Shown here: in pieces, positions 13,601 through 25,865 of the stretch
How positions within the stretch are numbered: the stretch's first letter is position 1
Layout: the number at the start of each line of letters is the position of its first letter
Assembly: GCF_000150275.1 (NCBI RefSeq)
Contig: NW_002060943.1
Span: 207,980 to 271,979, forward strand
DNA length: 64,000 bases
Source: Trichoplax adhaerens
Taxonomy: Eukaryota > Animalia > Placozoa
Direction of reading: 5' to 3'
Notes under the pieces: model-generated
Databases searched by the model: none
Told to the model about the DNA's origin: nothing
What the model saw: only the letters and a program-made list of their open reading frames with translations
Translations under genes and position numbers: made by a program

Positions 13601-15955
13601 GTGACGTAACATTTTTAGCCTCAACCTTAGAAGAAATTGTTGAACAACATTTCGAAACTTTAGAACAAAAACATGGAAAAGTTTTAGTTAGCTCTGCTTA
13701 CGGATATATTACAGCCTCACGCTATGGTTTAACAGAGTCTGAAATAGAAGATCTCTTATCATCAGATAACGACGTTATTACCGCTATCTATGATAAAAAT
13801 GTCCCGACAGTTGCACGTATTCCACCGATCACATGGATCCGATTACGAGCTGATGCTGGTAGCTACTTAAGCTTGTATACCGCCAATCGATGTCGTGTAC
13901 TCAAATGGTTTCATCGATTTATTGATGAATGCGCCGCAAGGCGATATCTATCTTCAGAACAACAACGTAAAAATAATTACACTGCCCTAAGTGACTATTT
14001 TCGCGGTACTTGGAGTAATAATCGGAAAAAGCCTTGTAAGAATACAAGTGTGGACAGGTTATTACCTCCTCAACCACTAATATATAGCACCAAGGAAGGA
14101 AATAGGCCAATATACAATTTCCGTAAATTGGCTGAACTACCTTATCACTTACTTCGTGCAGGTAACAACTATCGTAAAAATGTACCATAATATAGTGTAT
14201 GAAACGTTTAACAAAGAATTTTTGTTCTCTTTTTAAAAATACTACTAAAATAATATTGTTAGCATACCACTCACATGCACTACCGATTAATTATGGTATA
14301 TCCCAAAAAGTAAATCATTCATTTTATCAACTTATACTTTCCACATAGGTGAAATTGACAAAATGAAGGAAGAAACACTTTGTAATTATGAATTTATTTT
14401 GACCAAAGCTTGTGCAATGTCAGTGGCACAAGTTTTAGACGACATCAATCTTGCCCTTCAAAGTCCAGGAAGTGTCGGCGACAAAGAATTACAACTTCTA
14501 CATGATGCTCTAGTAATATCTATGAATGCCCTCAAAATGGACCCTACTCAGCTTGCATCTCAATTAATTGGTCGAATTGGTCGAAGTGTTGATAAAAAAT
14601 TAACACATTTAAATGCTCTCTTACAACAGGCAATGAAGCCATCAATCCCTAATTTAATTCCACGTCGAGAATGCTTAACTAGGCCTGGTAGTGAAAAACC
14701 AAACCTAGCTAGCATCGATATGGCAAGTCTTAATATGGAAAAATTATATATGAATAATTCAAACGTCAATGTTACAACTACTTCAAAGAAACGTAAAACT
14801 TTTACAGTATGGAATGTTAACAGTTGCCTTCCAGTCCGCTCATTTCGAAATATTACCGTTGATCAAATTGTTATCATGAAAAGCAACAAAATAGCTGTTT
14901 ACTTCGATCGTCGAATTGTTATCATTGATTTAGATTCCGGTGAAGTATTAAACAAGATCAAGGGATTTCACTATCAGCCCAAATTTCTTGATAATGAACA
15001 CCTAGTAACTCTTTCTCGTGGTAGAAAATTTGTCAAGATCGTTAATGCTATATCGGGTGACTCTATTGCATCTTTAAAGGCAGATCAGAAAAATTGTATC
15101 GATCGTTTAATGGTTAGTAGTGCAGGTAGTTTAGCTTTATGTATTTACAAGACCGAGGAAAATATCATCGGATTTATTTCTTGGGACCTTAAAACAAAGC
15201 AACAATTACCTAAATTTGATATCAAAGATTATATCTTTAAAGAGCATATTATAAGATATTCGTCTCTAAGTGATGATGGCGAAATATTTGTTGCCGCTTC
15301 TGATGGAACACGTAAATCAGCAGAAAAGCAAGCTGCCGTAGTATTTGACGTAAAAAGCGGCAAAGTTAACTTTGGCCTATTGTATGAATCATCTCAAGCC
15401 AGAGGATTGCCAATTGGTTTTACATGTTTTACCATCTCGAAAGATATTATATTATCTGGTTGCAAAGATAGTAGCCTTCGTTGCTGGAATAGAATTAACG
15501 GTAAAGTAATTCACTCATTAAAGGGCCATAGTAGGCCAGTTCAACAGATTCGAGTAGATGAAGATAGCTACCGTGCTATCACGGTTGCAAACCATCGTGA
15601 AGATAACAGTATCAGACTTTGGGATGTCAGACAAGGTTTACCTCTAAGTTGTTTTATACCAGATGAAATTCCTAAATGTGTTGGTATCACAAACTGTGGT
15701 TCATGGATTGTATTCTCCGTTGAAAAAGCCGAGAATTTAGGAGTACTTGGCCTCTTTTCGAATAAATCCGAGCCTGGTACTGTTAATGAAGAACGTGCTA
15801 TCGATGATGCCTTCACTGAAATCGATCTTGAACCTTGTTGTACAGCGCCGCATGATCCATTTGATGGCGATGACGATGTTGATGAATATGAATTTGATGC
15901 AGTCACAATCGAAACCGACACCTCAACAGACCCTATGACCAGTGATGACTTATAA
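10616..15955 (+). CDS. NWD1/NWD2-like STAND NTPase: SH2-like - DUF4062 (TIR-like) - NACHT - WD40 - acidic tail; 5' end incomplete, >=1434 aa
   Basis: Phase-consistent GT-AG exons: 10616-10759, 10900-11044, 11166-11322, 11445-11647, 11755-12082, 12231-12961, 13052-13264, 13384-14161, 14349-15955 (TAA). DUF4062-type motifs KILVSASHTDFNQER...DFQAIDVTWGI...GPNFITLVGDRYGYRPLP; Walker A GPSGCGKT; Walker B VLIIDGLDQL; NWD-type segments SRYGLTESEIEDLLS, RIPPITW, NFRKLAELPYHL; WD repeats ILSGCKDSSLRCWN, LKGHSRPV, DNSIRLWD. Start codon not found: in-frame stop at 10584 and an AG acceptor at 10614-10615 imply an upstream exon. Confidence 0.92.
10640..11044 (+). other. SH2-like domain (degenerate) encoded by the first two identified exons of the NACHT gene
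   Basis: Spliced translation PFEPPELSIQNSEKQLKPCNPGVFILHMVNRQIYLSYK/SAEREISHAPISVTAEGYNLNKKNYTDIKMLIEFHSKHPINGTLL follows SH2 order: alphaA (LSxxxSExxL), GxFILH (=GxFLVR), betaC (IYLSY), betaD (ISHAPI), GYxL, and YxDIxxLIEFHSKHP (=FxSLxELVEHY..P). Visual alignment only. Confidence 0.7.
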
Positions 15956-18900
15956 TAAAATAGCTGTTCCAACTTTTAATTATTAAAAAAATTTTTAATA
16001 TTTTACAGACTTGTCTTGAATGATAGATGTTTGTTCGTGCCATCAATTTAGACAACTGAATTTGTTCATTGATTCGAGCGTTGAATGACATGTGTAGAAT
16101 GCGTTATTTGTAACGCTATTTACACTCATTCCGTTAAATACGTAATTACGATTTATCATTGAAGTTTACAGTATTTTCTTGCTATAAATTAGCTATAATG
16201 TTACGCTCGATTCTTAAAATGATAATTTCAAATATCGTAATTGCTGCTTCTGCTTCAGTAAGGGTAACATGTTTCACAGTTCTTACATATACCATATTTT
16301 TATTCTACCCTTATAACGGATCTGATTGAAGTAGTCAAAGCTGAAAAACGCGGTTGTCAGAAGACAACTACAATGACAGCTGCTTTATATCTATATGACA
16401 TGGATTTAGGAGACGAAAAATATGATGTAGTTTATTCTAAGAATTGAAAAATATTTTACTTTCCTACTAAAGTGCTATGGCTAGATCTTTTAACGGAGAT
16501 TGCCCATTATTAATATTATGGTATGCGGACTTTAGATGAAATAATCTCAATTGTAGGAAATAACAACTGATCTTTGCTTTTAACGGTAGCTGTAAAGTCT
16601 TGACTTTATTCTTTAGGTAAGTGATGGCTAAGTTCCAACACTACTCCTTCTTGATTTTCTACTAATGCGACGTTTTAAATATATTTGAATTGTATCACCT
16701 CGACTAAGATAATTACAAAATTTTTTCAGTTTCAATCGAATATTCCAAAAAAATTTGTCCTAATTTACTAAGATCTCATTTTACTTGTACAATGATCTTC
16801 AACGTTACTAATCTGCCTACCACAAAGAGTATGCAACGGTTTACTACCGAAATTGTTGTTGACTTAACTGATGATCTATGTAACGTTGTAATATTTGAAC
16901 TTTGTAGATAAAAATTTACTTTGCAGTTTGCACTTCCCTTTGAAAAGAAGGATAATATTAAAGTTTTTATGATAATAAATAAGGTATATGAGTATTAGAA
17001 TTTCCGGTGTTACATTTCGATCGGTGGATGATGTACTAAAATAGAAAAAATAAAAATAGTTAATGTTGTAAACTTGTAAAATAATACGTTATTACACGTT
17101 TACCTATATTAAAATACTACATTATTTATAGGCAGCGCAGGCCAATAGAAGATAATGCAAAGATAAATTTCAGCTATATGATTATTGAGATTGAAACGGA
17201 TAGATAATAGGACTCTTATTGTGTTTTACAATAATATCTGTATTGCACATGCATAATTATCTATCAAATATCAGTAATACAGTAGATAAACCATCGAAAC
17301 TGCTGCAACAACACATGAAATAAAATAAATGTTTAGAAGTTCGTGTTTGCAGTATATGCACTGTACCACTCATATTCTGTAGTCAATACTGAAGACTATT
17401 ATAAGATGAAATTTACTACTGTGATGCACTCCCATTTTAAAAGATCATTATGAACTAGTAGAAAGGTCCAACTTGGACCGTAACTGCTAAAAGAAAAAGT
17501 AAAACCTACTTGAACTGATTCGATTTATTGGAGAAGTTCTTGAATACTTTATTTCCACTCACTTGCTACAACCTACAACGAGATTACGCTGTCTCTCGGT
17601 TGTGGATGATTTATGAATAAAATTTTTCTGTAACTTCTGTAAGAGTAAAGTCAAGAAAATCATAAAATTCATGCTAGGAGGACCTTCAGCAAGCCCTAAC
17701 TATAGATAATTACCCAAGTTGGTTATATCCGCAATTAAAATAATAGAATTGCGAACACCAAATGCCATACTAGAAGAGAAAGAAAAACTCTGCAGAGTAG
17801 CAATCTTAGTTTGAACTGTACGTGTATAAGAGCATCCTGTACATACTGGTATGTATCTAGTATGTATCTAGTAGTTCTGTGGATCGATTCTAAATGATAA
17901 ATAAATATGATAAGTACATAAGACACTATCGTGGACATATATAAACGTAGTAGAGCTCGCTTCCCTCATCATTTGAGCCTTTTCATATCTTTGCATAGCA
18001 TTCCAGTACCTGGGCTTTATCGAAAGCCGAGGAAATGGCCTATGAAGCGGCTAGCTCAGTACTAGTATCTCCTATAACACTGATCGCAAATGTATCCTAG
18101 ACATGAGCGAATTCTGATGTATTCTATCGTATTGCCTCCAATATCCTATATGAATGCAACTTACGCTATCATACAGTAACTACATGAACTGATTTCATTC
18201 CTATGTACAGTTATAATAAATACTTGTAAGACCACCATTTACAATGCTATGAAACGTGGTGAAGAACTTAGAATCGGAATCCTGGCAGGCCTAACCATAA
18301 AAGAAACTGTTACATTGATAGTTGTCAACATCTAAATAAGAAAGTACCATTAGGAATCACAATTACAATCGCACAATATTATAATAACTACTATAGTATA
18401 TCCAAGACTGTAATCGAATACTATATCTAACAAATACCGAAGTTAATATCTATTTATTTAGAACTACATTCAACTGTATTCCGGCAAGGCTCTACTGCTA
18501 AATTTTAGTGCGCCACTGTCTGTCTCTTCCTTAATCATTTAAAATAACGTTCGGTAAATGCCAGAAGAAAACATAACAGCTACCGTCCCAAATCGGTAAG
18601 TAACAAGTAGAAGTAATCTACCACTTAGCCACAAGATACGGTAACTGAATTCATAGCATACGCGTAATCACAGTTACTGAATAATGCCGCAGCATAGTAT
18701 CTGTACACAGTGTACGGTCATAAATTACTGGAAAAAGAAGACTTTTATTAATTTTCCAGTAGCCCTGAAATTATCATAGAAATCTACCATTTCCAGGTAT
18801 GTCTACTACTGTACAACATTTCTATTTCTATTATTCCTATTTCTGGGCAAATAAGCTATTTTTGTTATTAGAGCTTCAATAATCAATAATCTATATCAGG

Positions 18901-19236
18901 TCCAAAAGAAGTGAGCGTACTAAGAAAATTGAAATGTTCAAGTCAGAAAATCAGCCATGATATCGGTACCGCGACTTCAGTTGTTATTTGTTAATGACAA
19001 GCTATGCGTAGATTTATTTGCAAGCGAAAATAGCCAGCATACCATGGTCTGTTCACAGTATACCGTAAACATATAAACTACTACAGGTAAGAACATCCAG
19101 TAGTATACAGTATTACACAACATTGAATAGCCCAATTTAATTTCAATCAATCAATTGAGCTACAACATTAACAAGCAGCCATGTTGAACCTTGCGAGTTT
19201 TGCCTATTCCGCAGTGCTGCAAGAATGTAGAGTAGC

Positions 19237-19244
19237 TATAAATA
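19237..19244 (+). promoter_or_regulatory. TATA element upstream of the tRNA gene
   Basis: TATAAATA at -35 to -28 relative to the mature tRNA 5' end; the AT-rich background lowers significance. Confidence 0.45.
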
Positions 19245-19271
19245 GTAAAATCTCCCATCCTATCATCGGTT

Positions 19272-19345
19272 GGCGCTGTGGCTTAGTTGGTTAAAGCGCC
19301 TGTCTAGTAAACAGGAGATCCCCGGTTCGAATCCGGGCAGTGCCT
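19272..19345 (+). tRNA. tRNA-Thr (anticodon AGT)
   Basis: GGCGCTGTGGCTTAGTTGGTTAAAGCGCCTGTCTAGTAAACAGGAGATCCCCGGTTCGAATCCGGGCAGTGCCT: acceptor stem GGCGCTG/CAGTGCC, anticodon arm CCTGT-CTAGTAA-ACAGG, T-loop GGTTCGAATCC, no intron. Confidence 0.97.
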
Positions 19346-19348
19346 CTC

Positions 19349-19363
19349 TTTTTGTTTTTTTTT
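19349..19363 (+). terminator. Pol III oligo-T terminator of tRNA-Thr
   Basis: TTTTTGTTTTTTTTT run immediately 3' of the tRNA. Confidence 0.85.
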
Positions 19364-21557
19364 CCTATTTCCATCCGTACTCTACTGTACACTGTACAGT
19401 ACTGACGACACAGTATAGGGGATCATTCCATAGTACTGTATACTAGGGTACCATATAGATAGAACATCCCGTAACAACAGTTTAAGGCGGTGACGTTAAT
19501 GGGTTGTTTATTTGCCTTGTTTACTTCCAGTTGTTGTATATTGTTTATTTTATTTTTCATTAACTGAACCCGCTGAGCAAGGCAAAAGATCATTCCTTCC
19601 TTGCTTCATGTTCTATAACCATGTAGTCATGGATAATTGGTATCAATTCCTCTGAAACTATCGTTAGTGAGGCATCATTAATTCTTGCATAAAAACATCT
19701 TGAAATACGAACTATATTAACCAAATTATGGACAGGCCATACGGTCGATGATGGGATATACAAGCTTGATACGAGTATAGTCAATTAGTCATGGACCACT
19801 AGATACTTTCTATAGGGTATAGTATCTAATGGTCTAGGGTACAGTATCAAAACACGATAATAAAGTGTCCAATAAATTAACTCGACTGTATATCAAACCC
19901 TCCCAATATTGTACAATATTGTCGCTACAGTATTCACTATATTGATATATCATATAATGTCGACGGTGATAGCCTTGCATGCAATTCTGCCAACTGCTCT
20001 AGGACTACAATTAACAATGTCAACATAGTATAGCAATGCTGAAATGGGTTGCATTGTAAGCTGCTAGAAGAGTTTGTTGTTGTAGTCATGAAGTTACTCA
20101 AATCACTTTAGAGTAGCCTACGATCGTTCAACCTAGAAAACACGGCTTTAGTATACTTATATCTCTACGTGACTTAATGATGAAGATCCTTTCGAGGATT
20201 TTTTAATACATGTGCTACGCTAACAAATTTTAGCTTGCTTTTCGTATTTCATAAAATTAAAGAATGATCTTTTGTTTAAACATTTCAATTAACGAATAGT
20301 AATATGATTCTATAATAAAACGGACAGCATCGAGGATTGCTAAATGGAGATTGAGCTATTTTACAATAAGGAAATGCGCTATTTTATTGCAAGCACAATC
20401 TACCTTAACCATGTATGCATACAATTCCTTTTCATTTGACGGAGTGGCTACTAACAATACAATTGCGATAATCTCTCATCGCTAGAATTCAAAGTAGATT
20501 TTAATATCTGGGAAATTATCCCCGTGGTAAAATTATTACATACAGTACAGTAAAGCATCTATAATCAATCATGCAAAAACGTCAACAACTTAGCAAATAA
20601 AATACTCATAGACACGAAGATTTCAGCTAAATTAAAAGCTTTTATGTCCATGTATAAATTTGATAAATTGCAATAATTAAATAAACAGGCAGGTAGCTCA
20701 AACGGAATATAATGATTACAATTGATTCACTAATTTCGAAGCTGTAATAATTAATTAATTATTACTAGATTGTAATAACTATGTATTACCATTGATATGA
20801 ACCTTAGTCAATTTACATTCACTAAATGTAACGAGCATATGAATAGGAATGGATCCTTAAACACATACAGCAACAAGTATATTTGTGAACGAATACTGCA
20901 ATACATTGTTAATGATTCAATACGATTATAAACTATAGTATAGATACAACTCCGCATAAATTCATATATCAGATACTGACAGTCCAAGCATAAAGATGAG
21001 AACAGTTGTAGTATATTTTGCGAAGGATACATGAAAATATTGTATTATAAATCCAATAGTTATTATCTTTGAATAATATTAACTACATAGAAACTAGATT
21101 CATGATGTACTTTAAAAATAGAACGAATAAATCGCTAAATAATGCAACATTATGCAATACCGTAATCGAGTGTAGACATTCCTAATAGTAACCTATTTTA
21201 TAATTAGTGATTATGATCTCTCATACGTGTAACATGTAACTATGAAACCCGAAAATCATTAAAGCATGATTTCAATATTTTCCTCTTTCTAATACAATCA
21301 TCGCAGTACAGAAACATATTCCTCCCTTGTAAAACATGACAATAAATCAGCACGTACACAGTATACATTAGCCATATCTCAAACATTATCTACAATTATA
21401 ATAGCACAAAACGAAGAATTACTATCAGATCAGCAACTTTGCAATGAGTAGTAGCCTAGCTATATGTCATCCTAAACTTTAGCTAAGTTGATTATATCAG
21501 AATACAAGACAAGAAGTTACATTTGTAATTTCATCAAGGTTTTATATTAATAATTAA

Positions 21558-24500
21558 CTACGGTTTTTGCAGCTTGGTGATTTCCGTAATCAGATAGGAT
21601 TTTTCATCCATAAATTGCTCGTCATCTAAAATGTCAATGGCAAAACAATTATTATTTTAGCAATACGCGTATAAAGTATATTATCAAATCAAATTTAGCC
21701 TTGATAACTATAAAAGCACCTGTTCTATCTGTTTGAAATTTAGGCAAGAATGTTAATAGTTTCTCCTTATTCTTAAATAAAATATCTATTATGGGTTTAG
21801 CCTTATTAGGGTTCGCAACAAAAACCTATCGTAGGAATACGTAAGTTGTTATTATCACTATTATAGCAATGATATAGAAATTTATCTGATATATTTTATG
21901 GTATTAGTCTGAATCATCGATAAGAAATAGCTATAAAGTGCACCTTAAACACATGGAAGGCTTCAAATTGAATATTTCTACTCTTATCCTTGAGTAAATT
22001 CATGATAAGCTTAAGATTTTCCGTATTACCAACGTATTTCGTCATCGAAGAAAAATTGTGATGATCCAGCAAGATTTCTCCCAATAACTGCAATCAAAAG
22101 ATTCCCTTCTTTTATTAGATGTATGTTATCTATACGTGTGTGTATACGATATAAATTATATTATTGGTTCTTGTATACCTTCAAAGATTGCCTTTTGGTC
22201 ACATAATTTTCTGACGTTAATAACTTGACGTAATGTTCAAAAAGCTATCACAAGAATTATGAACAATCATGATATTTTAGTTCGTATTATTCAGTAGATG
22301 AAAATGATAGTACATTTCCTAGCTGCTTTAACAATTAGTAACACTTGTATATACATCATCTACCTTGTCATAATTTTTCTCGATAAATTCGGCACATAGC
22401 GTTTTATGCTTTGTTAATAAATCCTAAAGGCAAATGGTAATCATTTTTACTACAGCTGCTATTTGACAAGGGGAATAAAATTAGCAAGGCACGGAAATAC
22501 TCGTATGCAATTACCTTAAACGTAGAGAATGCATCAGAAGCAACATCAAAAGCAGAAAGTTCGACATAAGTAAAAAATTGATAGAAGGCATCAGAACTTA
22601 GAATAAATTTCGCCAATATATCGTATTTGACACACTCTCTTAGAATTATGCCACAATTGAGGGCAATATCTGAATTTTCGTAGCTTCAATTGTTGCATGT
22701 TGTAAGTTATATAGCAGTAAAATAATACAAATTTTGATTATAACCTTGATAAACACCAAATAACGTATACTATTAACTGAAGTTGAGAGTAAGACGATTA
22801 ATAGCATAATAATTAAAGTTACCCTTGGATTAAAGTGAAAAGGATTTCATTTTTACTGCGAACATATTCAACAGTAGGTGAGCGAGTGCCGATTTGTCTC
22901 CTAAGTAAAATATTAAAAATCTGGACGACATCCTTTTTCGCCTAATCAAGAGTCAAAAATTAGATTTATTAGAGAAAGAAGAACAAACTTGTTTCTAATA
23001 TGTTAAATCAAATACTGGATGCCATTTTTATTCACCTCAAATTCCAATCTATGAAGATGATTAACCAGAAACAGCAATAAGTCGAAGTTATAAATTTCTT
23101 GCGCTAATTGAGCGACTTGCTCTGTTTGTGGCTCTTGATCTATAAATAAAAAAAGTAGTAGTATTTTAATATTTTGCAGATGTTCCTTCAATGTACGTAC
23201 TCTACTCTGCAAGAATAGACGACTACATCCATGGCCTGATCATTATTTACAAAGATTAATTGAACTAGAATCTAAATTGAAAGTACTACACCGAGCTTAT
23301 AACTAGATAATTCAGTGTAGAGTACTGTACAAGTATGATGTCAACTTTTTGAACCATGACACGCAGCTTTCTTAATTATCGTATTATTTTGACCTTTCAA
23401 AGCACAATTATAATGACGGTTACAATTAATTAATACTATCCTCTACAGCTGTACGCTATAACGAGATATTTCGATGGTGTACGATTTATCTACTATAGCA
23501 TAAAAAAACAGTATCTTACTTGTCAATAACTTGTTACTAAGTATAAGTTAACGTACTACCATGCATGCCACTTCCTCACATTGATGTGTAATCGTTCAAT
23601 ACAAATTAGAATTAATATATAACATTGACGTAATGTTACCAAAATCGCCGTACTAAAGGTAAATAATTGATAGCAACTCTCTTACAACTTTACATCATTA
23701 ACCAATTGTAAATTGGCCAATATTGTATCAAAATAAAAATGTATTGAACTACAGTATTAGTACCACTATCAAACTGGAACATACGTCAGTAAGTGACAGC
23801 AATTATCTTGTTTACATCACATCGTTTATATCATTAACTTAACCAATTGTAAATTGTAAAGTTGCTAATACTGTATAGAGATAAAACGTCTTGAACTATA
23901 GTATCAATACCACTATCAGAGGGGAACATAAATGTAAGTTTCAAAAATTGAGGGAAACACTGTGCTGTACACTGTACAATCAAGCCATCTTACACCTTGA
24001 CATCATAAACAAATTGTAAACTTGACAATCTGGAGATAAAACGTATTGAACTATCAATACCATAATCAAAGTGAAAAATAAATGTACTGCTCAGTTGTCG
24101 CCTTAACTGGCAAAATGCTTACCTCCAACTCCACATAATATATTCTTCATTGCTACCAATTGCTTACCAATTTCATCTGTAGCCTAATGATAAGGTGAAT
24201 AGAATAGATTAGTAATTATATAGCGAGGCTTTTATACCTTTGCAATACATAACCTCCAAAATGAAATACCATTGGCATTGCATGTTACAGTCTAACCACA
24301 CTATTTTTGCGTGCAGTAGTAGTCAATGTAATCTGTCATCGTTGAGAGTTATCTCTATGCGTTGAACAACTCGTGTTCAACGCTATCGCATTCAGAGGTA
24401 GAGAAAAGAGGTAAAAGTCATGGCAAAAATCATACGCACGCCCCAATTTTGTAACATAGCTTGATAACAGTGCTGTTACTCCCTATGATATTAGCACTAT

Positions 24501-25664
24501 ACTGCATCATCATGCAATTCAACCAATGTATTGAGTCTAAATCGTTCTTCATTGATTAAAAGCAATCAATCTTGATCACGTTCCAATCAATCATTTAAGA
24601 GCTCAATGGACTTTAAAATTTTGGCTTGAAATTCTGTCGTACAAACCAACTAAGTGAACCGCTTGTATTGATAGCTTAGCAATGGCACAAGGCAACAGTT
24701 TAACTGTATTTCATCTTTGTAGCATTTGGTCGAAGAATAAGGTTGACATATTGAATCCATCACGGCTTGTCCTAGACCGCATTCCAAGATACAATACTGT
24801 ATGTTTGCCGTGACGATGACAGCGCCATTGAAGAGATAAAATGATCAGATAGTATCGAGTAAAGTATAAAGAATAAGCACGGGCATTTCTGATCTATCCA
24901 GTGTCATCAAGACAACTACAACAGTTGAAGAAAGAAAACAACTAGCCAACTCATTAGAGAACAGTTTTTGACCGTGCCTTGTTGCAGGGGATTACCCTCA
25001 TCTACACAGAGTCGATTGTACTTGCCTAGTTTATGTCTACTTCTATGATACTCTGTATGCGTTATTACCCAATTGCATTGTGACAAAGAATAAGGCGAAG
25101 TTATTACAGCAAGATTGAAAAATCATGGTGTCTACAATCGATTGAGTCGTATCGTTTCCGATGGTTGAAATTGGAATTCTACAATGTCGTTGTGGTTAAA
25201 ATGGATTGCACTTGGATATTGTATGTTGTCCTAAGCAAGTATAGTACTACCCATGTTTTGTAGAGTAGTCTCATTACTACTAAGGCAATAGTATGCCAAG
25301 TTAGCCTAGCCCTTGAGAGAAACCCATTCATTATCATCGATCAGACTCTAAACTTAAGTTAAGACTACAACCGAGACAATACCGTTCAAGCCCACCAATG
25401 CCATTCATTGCATTGATGACTATGGTATAGGATAACACTTTACAATTAGAAAATGATGGCGGAGTCATGAGTTGAGATGAACACCAAGTCGGAAAGCTTC
25501 AAAGCACTATGTCGACAACAGCAGTAGTGGATGACAACGTTGTAAGTAGGGTTTACCTTCTCTGCTTTCTTGCCAGAACCTTCTTTAATGATTGTCGCCA
25601 AAGCATCGCGAGAAATCCGAACAAGCTCATAGGGCGATTTCTGCTTGGAACCAAATAGCGGCAT
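21558..25664 (-). CDS. CAB39: Calcium-binding protein 39 / MO25 (scaffold of LKB1-STRAD and STE20/GCK kinases), 334 aa
   Basis: Ten phase-consistent coding exons: 25664-25557, 24183-24123, 23139-23036, 22941-22823, 22683-22515, 22423-22364, 22244-22179, 22087-21944, 21825-21720, 21625-21558 (1005 nt). Translation contains [113 protein letters not shown]. Confidence 0.97.
23690..24085. repeat. Degenerate ~140-160 bp repeat x3 inside CAB39 coding intron 2
   Basis: AACCAATTGTAAATTG...ATAAAA..GTATTGAACTA...TACCACTATCA recurs at ~23700, ~23841, ~24008. Confidence 0.75.
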
Positions 25665-25736
25665 GGTCGACAAAACAAGGTTGATTACTCCTTCTAATCC
25701 TTACAAGGCAGCGATTGCTGACGACTTTTGAAAAAA

Positions 25737-25865
25737 CTGCAAATCCAAAATCAAGTCCAATATTCAACTCCTGCTGCAACTTGCTCTGCTGTATCCCACA
25801 GCTGTATGGACGTATGGACGTACTTACGCTTTCTTGTTGTCGAGGCGAGGAACGGCGCGCCGTAC
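25737..25865 (-). promoter_or_regulatory. Predicted 5'-UTR intron (25737-25827) and first non-coding exon/TSS region of CAB39
   Basis: Minus-strand donor AAAGC|GTAAGT at 25827 and acceptor TTTTGGATTTGCAG| at 25737 give a 91-nt intron, the typical size in this gene; the short upstream exon is GC-rich (CGGCGCGCCG). TSS position is inferred. Confidence 0.6.

Noticed and set aside
13919-15972. Antisense and off-frame ORFs (13919-14188, 14560-14769, 15568-15972, 15747-15938)
   Set aside because: Overlap well-supported NACHT/WD40 exons and show no recognisable motifs.
17460-18300. Possible small minus-strand exons (donor GTGAGT ~17560, acceptor ~18291) and small hairpins (GGTCCAACTTGGACC; GGCTTTATCGAAAGCC)
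   Set aside because: Could not build a phase-consistent, recognisable ORF or match a known ncRNA; a lncRNA cannot be excluded.
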